Source: Candidatus Melainabacteria bacterium 17Bon1m
GTDB lineage: Bacteria > Cyanobacteriota > Vampirovibrionia > Obscuribacterales > Obscuribacteraceae
NCBI GenBank assembly: GCA_032128875.1
Contig: JAVLKG010000003.1
Span: 792,974-856,973 of the forward strand
DNA: 64,000 bases
Reading direction: 5' to 3'
Shown one piece after another: positions 58,017 through 64,000 of this stretch; within the stretch, counting starts at the first letter, position 1, and each line of letters begins with the position of its first letter. Made by a program: the position numbers and the translations under genes. The notes under the pieces are model-generated. The model ran no database searches, was not told where the DNA came from, and worked only from the letters and a program-made list of their open reading frames with translations.

Positions 58017-58553
58017 ATGTCAGAGACACCAGCCGCAAAACCGCCCGAGGAGCCTAAAGGCCCGGGACTCTGTGGGCAGTTTTTGAAAGATCACGGAATT
58101 GCTACAAACCGCTTGGCTGATTCATGCGGTGTGGAGACCATCGAAATTGACGGCGCTCATCTGGAAGCCGCGATGAAGCTGCTGCGCGGATCTTCCGAGA
58201 TTAAGCTCGACTATCTCGTAGCCGTTAGTGGTGTCGACAGTGCTGACACTTTTGATTCGGTTTATCAACTTTGGTCATATACCAATAACAATGAGTTGAT
58301 TATCAAAGTCAGAGTCAAGAAGACAGATGTGGTGGAAGGGCAATTGCCGCTGGTTCCTTCCCTTTCGCGCTTCTGGAGCGCAGCCAACTGGCACGAACGC
58401 GAAACTTACGATCTTGTTGGAATTCGTTATTACGGCCATCCATATTTAAGACGCATTCTCAACGTTTGGGATTGGGACGGTCATCCATTGCGCCGCGATT
58501 ACAAGCAGCTGGTTGATTCGCTCAATGACAAGGCTCCCGGCAGTTTCCGCTGA
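58017..58553 (+). CDS. ndhJ: NADH:quinone oxidoreductase subunit C (NdhJ)
   Basis: ANWHERETYDLVGI, GHP.LRRI, GHPLRRDY. Confidence 0.92.
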   Translation: MSETPAAKPPEEPKGPGLCGQFLKDHGIATNRLADSCGVETIEIDGAHLEAAMKLLRGSSEIKLDYLVAVSGVDSADTFDSVYQLWSYTNNNELIIKVRVKKTDVVEGQLPLVPSLSRFWSAANWHERETYDLVGIRYYGHPYLRRILNVWDWDGHPLRRDYKQLVDSLNDKAPGSFR

Positions 58554-58584
58554 GCGCCGATTTACTTATTAGAGGCAAGGACCA

Positions 58585-59724
58585 ATGGCAACGGACACAG
58601 AAGTCGATCTGACACCCAGGCTAAAAACAGACGAGATGCTCATCAACATGGGCCCTCAGCACCCGGCAACACACGGTGTGCTGCGTTTGATTCTTACCCT
58701 GGACGGCGAAATCGTTCGTCATACCGAGCCCATCCTTGGTCACCTTCACAGAGCTCAAGAATGGCAGGGACAGAATCGCACCTGGTTCCAATACCAAGCC
58801 TTAATCGACCGAGTCGACTATCTTTCCGGCATGTTTACTTCCTGGGCAATGGCTCGCGCGGCTGAAGTCGTAGATGGTTGCGAAGTTCCCGAACGCGCTG
58901 AATACCTGCGCGTAATGGTTTCAGAAATGAACCGCATCACTTCGCACTTACTCTGGTTAGGCACTTATTTGATCGACTTGGGCGCGATGTTTGGTTTTCC
59001 TTTCTATCCTTTCCGTGAAAGAGAGAAGCTGCTCGAACTCTTTGAAGAAATTGCCGGTCAACGCATGATGTTCAACTACATCAGAATTGGCGGCGTCATG
59101 CGCAATCCGAAGGATGCCTGGCTTTCCAAGCTGAAGAAGTTCACAGAAGAGTTTCCTGATCGTGTTGATGAATACGAGGCCATCGTTACTGAGAACCCGA
59201 TCTTCTTGAAACGTACAAAAGGCATCGGCATTCTCAGAAAAGAGCTGGGCATGGATTACGGAATTACCGGTCCATCTATTCGCGCCTCGGGCGTTGATAT
59301 CGACTTGCGCCGCACCAAACCTTATTCGGTTTATCCGAAACTTAAATTCGATGTTCCGGTCAACGACCGCGACGGCGATACATTCGACAGATACATTTTC
59401 CGCATTCGCGAAATGAGACAGTCCAACGAGATCATCAAACAGTGTCTCGATATGTTGCCGCAAGGCGAAATTTCCGGCAAGAAACAAATCGCCGGTTTGC
59501 GCGTAAAAGCCGGTGAAGGTTTTGCTGCTGTCGAATCACCGCGCGGAACTCTCGGTTGCTACATCATCTCGAATGGCTCCGATAGAGCTTACAGAATCAA
59601 GTGGCGCAATCCGTCGTTCTGCAACCTTTCGATTTTGCCAGAACTTCTGAAGAACCACCCAATTGCCGACGTAATGGCAATTTTCGGTTCAATCGACGTA
59701 ATTCTGCCCGACGTAGACCGCTAA
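58585..59724 (+). CDS. ndhH: NADH:quinone oxidoreductase subunit D (NdhH)
   Basis: NMGPQHPATHGVLRL, RVDY, ESPRG, DVDR end; no NiFe CxxC motifs. Confidence 0.95.
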   Translation: MATDTEVDLTPRLKTDEMLINMGPQHPATHGVLRLILTLDGEIVRHTEPILGHLHRAQEWQGQNRTWFQYQALIDRVDYLSGMFTSWAMARAAEVVDGCEVPERAEYLRVMVSEMNRITSHLLWLGTYLIDLGAMFGFPFYPFREREKLLELFEEIAGQRMMFNYIRIGGVMRNPKDAWLSKLKKFTEEFPDRVDEYEAIVTENPIFLKRTKGIGILRKELGMDYGITGPSIRASGVDIDLRRTKPYSVYPKLKFDVPVNDRDGDTFDRYIFRIREMRQSNEIIKQCLDMLPQGEISGKKQIAGLRVKAGEGFAAVESPRGTLGCYIISNGSDRAYRIKWRNPSFCNLSILPELLKNHPIADVMAIFGSIDVILPDVDR

Positions 59725-59824
59725 AAATCATATTGGACCGGTGAGAAACTCCCTGGTATCGCTAGTAAAGAATGCTCTCTGTTAGAAAACCCATCTCCTT
59801 AGAACAAGGACAGCTTTTAGAATC

Positions 59825-61279
59825 ATGAGAAACGGCGCCGAAATTTTGAAACTTGGAACGCTCACCTTCACCTGGTGGTGCATCATATTCGGTGCGGTCT
59901 GGATTGCCTGCTACGTGGTTGGTGTGGCAATTCCAATGCTGCTCTCGTCTTATGAAAGTGATGCTGCAAGAATCACAGCCGAAACATGCAGAGCACTGAC
60001 ACCAATTCTTTCGGTGCTGGTTTTTATTCCGATTAACGCGATGTTCATGGTGCTTTTCGAAAGAAGAGGACTGGCAATTTTCACAGTTCGTCTGGGACCA
60101 AACAGAGTCGGTCCTGATGGCTATCTACAAACAGCCGCAGACGCCGTCAAACTTCTTTTCAAAGAAGACATCACTCCTCACGGAGCGGATGCTTTCATGT
60201 TCACATTGGCTCCAATCGTGTTTTTTGCTCCATCAATTTTTGGAGCGATGCCGCTTCTGGCTGCTGTCACCAATTATCACGAGCTCTTCCAGATCGTTAA
60301 TTTGCCCACCGGGATTTTCTTCATCCTGGCTGCGTCATCGGTTCCGGTTGTTGGAATTGTGATGGGCGGTTGGGCCAGCAACAATAAATACTCGCTTGTG
60401 GGTGGATTGCGCTCTGCCGCTCAAGCAATCAGTTATGAAATTCCGCTTGTACTCTCGCTTGTGACCGTATGCTTGCTGGCAGGCAGCTTAGATGTTGTCG
60501 AAATCATGAAGCAACAAGCTGGAGGAATTCTCAACTGGAACATCCTGGGTGGCGGTGCTCTTCGTGGTCTTGATTCCGCTCTGGCACTGAAATTCTCCAA
60601 TGCTGCGCCAGCGCTGCAAGAACTCTCTGCTAAATCTTTTGACCAAGTTCTCAAAACTGCCTACAGCGATCCAGCTGCTGCTGCCCTCGGTCTTGCGGCC
60701 GGTCAGGATTCGATGGCTACAATCGCTTCAGTTATTGCTGTTGTAGTTCTTATGGCTTGCGTTTTAATCGCTGCCGGTCTTTATATGACTGGCGCCTGCG
60801 CTGAAATCAACCGCATTCCTTTCGATTTGCCGGAAGCCGAATCTGAACTTGTAAGTGGATATAACACCGAGTACAGCGGCATCAAATTCGCTATCTTCTT
60901 CTTGGCTGAATTCACTAACTTGTTCGTGGTCGCTTCGATTTTTGTCGTGATGTTCCTGGGCGGGGGTGACTGCCCTGTGCCTGCTTGGCTCGGTAATATG
61001 CTGGGCGGACCGCAAATGGCGAGCGCTATCAATCAGTTACTCTCTCCACTCATTGCTATCAAATTTGTAGATCCACCTACTTTATTTGCAGCAATCTGGG
61101 TAATCCTCAAGGTTTACGGCATCGTATTTTTCGCAGTCCTTGTTCGTGGCACCTTGCCTCGTTTCCGCATCGACCAGCTTATGGATTTTGGCTGGAAGCG
61201 TTTGATTCCGTTGTCTCTCATCGTTTTCGTGTTGGTTGTCTTTGCAAGGGAGTTCGTAAACGTTCATGTTGGGTCTTAG
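59825..61279 (+). CDS. ndhA: NADH:quinone oxidoreductase subunit H (NdhA), enlarged
   Basis: RLGPNRVGP, GWASNNKYSL.GGLRSAAQ.ISYE, PFDLPEAESELV.GY.TEYSG, PRFRIDQ. Confidence 0.93.
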   Translation: MRNGAEILKLGTLTFTWWCIIFGAVWIACYVVGVAIPMLLSSYESDAARITAETCRALTPILSVLVFIPINAMFMVLFERRGLAIFTVRLGPNRVGPDGYLQTAADAVKLLFKEDITPHGADAFMFTLAPIVFFAPSIFGAMPLLAAVTNYHELFQIVNLPTGIFFILAASSVPVVGIVMGGWASNNKYSLVGGLRSAAQAISYEIPLVLSLVTVCLLAGSLDVVEIMKQQAGGILNWNILGGGALRGLDSALALKFSNAAPALQELSAKSFDQVLKTAYSDPAAAALGLAAGQDSMATIASVIAVVVLMACVLIAAGLYMTGACAEINRIPFDLPEAESELVSGYNTEYSGIKFAIFFLAEFTNLFVVASIFVVMFLGGGDCPVPAWLGNMLGGPQMASAINQLLSPLIAIKFVDPPTLFAAIWVILKVYGIVFFAVLVRGTLPRFRIDQLMDFGWKRLIPLSLIVFVLVVFAREFVNVHVGS

Positions 61280-62141
61280 TTTAGTTACACGCGCCAAAGA
61301 CAGCTTCTATCAAATCTATCGCGGTTTGAAAACAGTAGCTATGCACACGTTTCGTGAGCCGATCACGCAAGTCTATCCGGACCAGATGCCGGATACGCAT
61401 ATAAGAGGAAGATTGGCGCTTGCTGTCAATCCTGAATCCGGCGAGCACCTCTGTATCTCTTGTCGCCAGTGCGAGAGAGTTTGTCCTGATAAGTGCATTG
61501 AAATCACTGCACACAAGAGTCCGGAAACAAGCAAATTGGAATTGATCGATTTCAAAATTGATCACGGGCTTTGCATGTTCTGTGGTTTGTGCACCGAGGT
61601 CTGCCCAACCAGTTGCATTATCAATACCAATGATTTTGAAATGTCCGAGTACAGCCGCGAGGCTCTTGTGTACGATTTGCGCAAGCTGACTTTGAGTCAA
61701 GAAGAGTCGGGATACTATTTCGACCGTAAAGAAATTCCGCTGCCGAAGCCTAAACCGGCCAAAGCCGCCCCAGCCGCCGGCGCCGCTGCCGGTGCTGCAA
61801 AACCAGCTGCCGCTGCTGGAGCTGCCGCAGCCGGAGCTGCCGCCGCCGCGAAACCAGCCGCACCGGCTTCTGCAGCAAAACCTGCTGAAGGCGGTGAAGC
61901 AAAACCAGTAGAAGCTGCAAAACCAGCGGATGCTGCAAAACCGGCTGATGCTGCAAAACCGGCAGAAGCTGCAAAACCGGCAGAAGCAAAAGCTGATGCA
62001 GAAACTAAACCTGCTGCAGAAACTAAGCCGGCAGAAGCTAAGGAAGAAAAGAAATCTGACGCCGCAGAGAGCAAAGACAAACCTGCGGAAGAAAAGAAAG
62101 AAGCAGAGAAGAAGGAAGGCGAAGACAAGCCGAAAGAATAA
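61266..62141 (+). CDS. ndhI: NADH:quinone oxidoreductase subunit I (NdhI) with Ala/Lys/Pro/Glu repeat tail
   Basis: CISCRQCERVCP and CMFCGLCTEVCP 2x[4Fe-4S] motifs; AAKP repeats. Confidence 0.93.
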   Translation: MLGLSLVTRAKDSFYQIYRGLKTVAMHTFREPITQVYPDQMPDTHIRGRLALAVNPESGEHLCISCRQCERVCPDKCIEITAHKSPETSKLELIDFKIDHGLCMFCGLCTEVCPTSCIINTNDFEMSEYSREALVYDLRKLTLSQEESGYYFDRKEIPLPKPKPAKAAPAAGAAAGAAKPAAAAGAAAAGAAAAAKPAAPASAAKPAEGGEAKPVEAAKPADAAKPADAAKPAEAAKPAEAKADAETKPAAETKPAEAKEEKKSDAAESKDKPAEEKKEAEKKEGEDKPKE

Positions 62142-62181
62142 TCGGCTGCACAATTGTTTTGAGGAGTGAGGACAGGGAATT

Positions 62182-62796
62182 ATGGAACAGTTTGAGATGC
62201 TCAAAGCGCTGGCTGAGACCAATGTAGAGAGCTTTATGTTCTACATTCTGGCTACTATCTCCATCCTTCTTGCGTATGGGGTCATTCTGGATAGAACAAT
62301 TATCCGTAGCGGTTTTATTTTGATCGGTGTGTTCGGTTCTATTTGCGGTTTGTTCTTACTCTTGCAAGCGCAGTTCCTCGCACTTGCACAGCTGATGATT
62401 TATGCAGTCGGCATTACCCTTGTAATCGTAATTGCGCTGATGTTGACCAATCCGCGCATGGAAAAGTCTCAGCTGAGCACCGCAGCTCCCGCCAATCAGC
62501 TTGGCGCGTTTATGGTGGCAGTTGGTCTATTCATGACTATCTACCTTTCTGTAAGACCTGAAAATTGGACGCTCAGCAGTGAACCACTTGATATGAATAA
62601 TGTTCAAGTCTTAGGTCGTGCGTTGACGACTGATTACTCGCTGCCTTTTGAATTTGCATCTGTTTTGCTGTTGGCTGCACTGATTGGAGCTGTGATGCTG
62701 GCGAAAGCTGAGAAACCGCCGAAACCAGGCGAAGAAGATTTTGAATACTCGGTGGTAGAAGATTCTGCCGCAGAGCCCGTCGCGTCAAAGAGGTAA
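62182..62796 (+). CDS. ndhG: NADH:quinone oxidoreductase subunit J (NdhG)
   Basis: [26 protein letters not shown]. Confidence 0.92.
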   Translation: MEQFEMLKALAETNVESFMFYILATISILLAYGVILDRTIIRSGFILIGVFGSICGLFLLLQAQFLALAQLMIYAVGITLVIVIALMLTNPRMEKSQLSTAAPANQLGAFMVAVGLFMTIYLSVRPENWTLSSEPLDMNNVQVLGRALTTDYSLPFEFASVLLLAALIGAVMLAKAEKPPKPGEEDFEYSVVEDSAAEPVASKR

Positions 62797-62801
62797 TAAG
62801 G

Positions 62802-63410
62802 ATGACTAGCTCAGTGGCAACCAAGTCCCAATCTCCAGTTCAAGCAATGTCTTACGCATTGGCTTATGCGATCGCGGTGTGTTTCGTTGTTGGAGCCTAT
62901 GCGACTGGGAATCTCGACAATTTCGTAAGTATGACCGGACTCAGTTCTGTACTTGAGTCCTGGGCGCTAAAGGATTACACAGAACTTCTCGCCTTTGTTC
63001 TTATCGTGCTTCTTGGCTCAACGGTTGCGCTATTGGGCGGACAGACATCCATCATTATGGCTGTAGGAACGGTGGGTAGTTTCTTTGCACTAACTCTCAA
63101 CCAGCATCCTTTGATTCAGTACTTGAGCCTCGCAGCAGTTCTTTTCGCTATTGGGCTTTACGGCATGGTTGTTTCGCGCAATGCCGTAAGGGTGCTAATG
63201 GCAATTGAGTTGATGCTGAACGCGGTCAACATCAATTTGGTTGCCTTTGCTCGTTATGTTGATCCGGTTCAAGTAAAAGGACAATTGTTCGCCATCTTCG
63301 TAATTACAGTTGCAGCCGCTGAAGCTGCAGTTGGACTAGCAATCGTTCTTTCCATCTACAGAAATACATCTACCGTTGATATGGAAAGATTCAACCTTCT
63401 CAAGTGGTAA
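62802..63410 (+). CDS. ndhE: NADH:quinone oxidoreductase subunit K (NdhE) with about 100-aa N-terminal membrane extension
   Basis: C-terminal half: [36 protein letters not shown]. Confidence 0.9.
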   Translation: MTSSVATKSQSPVQAMSYALAYAIAVCFVVGAYATGNLDNFVSMTGLSSVLESWALKDYTELLAFVLIVLLGSTVALLGGQTSIIMAVGTVGSFFALTLNQHPLIQYLSLAAVLFAIGLYGMVVSRNAVRVLMAIELMLNAVNINLVAFARYVDPVQVKGQLFAIFVITVAAAEAAVGLAIVLSIYRNTSTVDMERFNLLKW

Positions 63411-63438
63411 TTCTAAATTTCACCGTATAGTTTCGTTG

Positions 63439-63462
63439 AACCGAATCGTTATCGATTCGGTT
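63439..63462. repeat. Dispersed palindromic element, perfect 10-bp arms; may act as terminator after ndhE
   Basis: AACCGAATCG-TTAT-CGATTCGGTT followed by TTT. Confidence 0.9.
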
Positions 63463-63586
63463 TTTCGCTATTTGTCCTGAATTTTGCGGGCTTTCAAAAG
63501 GACGCGAAAATTTTTTCGCGTTCCGTTGAACTTTTTGGTCGCAGTTTACGTACCTGTTTATATGCGTGCGTAGCGAGGTGGGCGAA

Positions 63587-64000
63587 ATGTCATCAAATCC
63601 TCAAATTGAGAAATTTACTTCTTCAGAAGAAGAGATAGATCTTTGCTTCGCGCGATTCGAAGAGAGATTTCCTACCAAGGCTGATAAGGAGGAGTCAATC
63701 TATAAGTCTCTGACACGAAATGGGTTTTGGTGTGCCTGTGGCACGCTCATTACAGACAGAGAGTATGGAAAGCGCAACGTAAAATGCTCTGCCTGCGGCA
63801 GAAAGTCTTCTATTACGGCGAATACCTTTTACCACGGCGTCAGAAGACTTTCTGCGTACTGCAACGGGCAGTTTTTGATGGGTGAGGGAATCACAATAAG
63901 TGCCAATGATTTTGCAAAACGAAATGGCATTTCATCCTCACAGGGAAACAACATCCTCCACGCTGTTTCTTCGGAAATAGTGAGGGAAATGGAAGATGCC
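63587..64000 (+). mobile_element. IS1595-family transposase-like gene, N-terminal zinc ribbon plus HTH (truncated by window end)
   Basis: Own translation (not in ORF track): RBS GAGGTG, MSSNP...FEERFPT...GFWCACG...VKCSACGRKSSITANTFYH...ISANDFAKRNGIS, open to 64000. Confidence 0.6.

Noticed and set aside
58585-59724. Group 4 NiFe hydrogenase interpretation of the ndh operon
   Set aside because: Large subunit lacks both CxxC nickel-binding motifs and keeps the complex I quinone-site residues.
61281-62222. 313-aa Cys/Phe/Arg-rich minus-strand ORF
   Set aside because: Antisense shadow of the repetitive ndhI tail; similar shadows occur at 6736-7416, 21813-22502 and 33472-34314.

Overview
64 kb of ordinary chromosomal backbone from a diderm bacterium (kdsA present). 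It carries cyanobacteria-like genes (SufR, SLH/coiled-coil porin-type N-terminus, short S1, NDH-1-type complex I operon without NuoEFG) but no photosynthesis genes in this window. Best guess is a non-photosynthetic cyanobacterial relative (Vampirovibrionia/Melainabacteria, possibly Obscuribacterales); this is inference only. Recognisable genes: gatD, hisN-like IMPase, an orphan sensor kinase, tRNA-Gln-rplY, recN, mrp/apbC, a sufR/sufCBD-Rieske-sufSU-sufT cluster, a CtpA-like protease, GH57 branching enzyme-pyk, kdsA, an ECF sigma/ZAS anti-sigma/Spy trio, pxpA, a MoxR operon, rpsA, rnc, ndhCKJHAIGE, and the start of an IS1595-like zinc-ribbon gene at the right edge. No CRISPR array, prophage or recognisable defence system was seen. 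The most notable unexplained signal is a dispersed palindromic element (core AATCG-ATAA/TTAT-CGATT, arms extending to AACYS-AATCG) found 7 times, always intergenic. Other candidates are a barrel-less SLH/coiled-coil envelope protein, an output-less degenerate phytochrome module, a four-hairpin rpsA leader, enlarged complex I membrane subunits, and a degenerate GAF-GAF-HD-GYP protein with a very long Pro/Ala linker. All calls are by-eye motif recognition; no searches were run.
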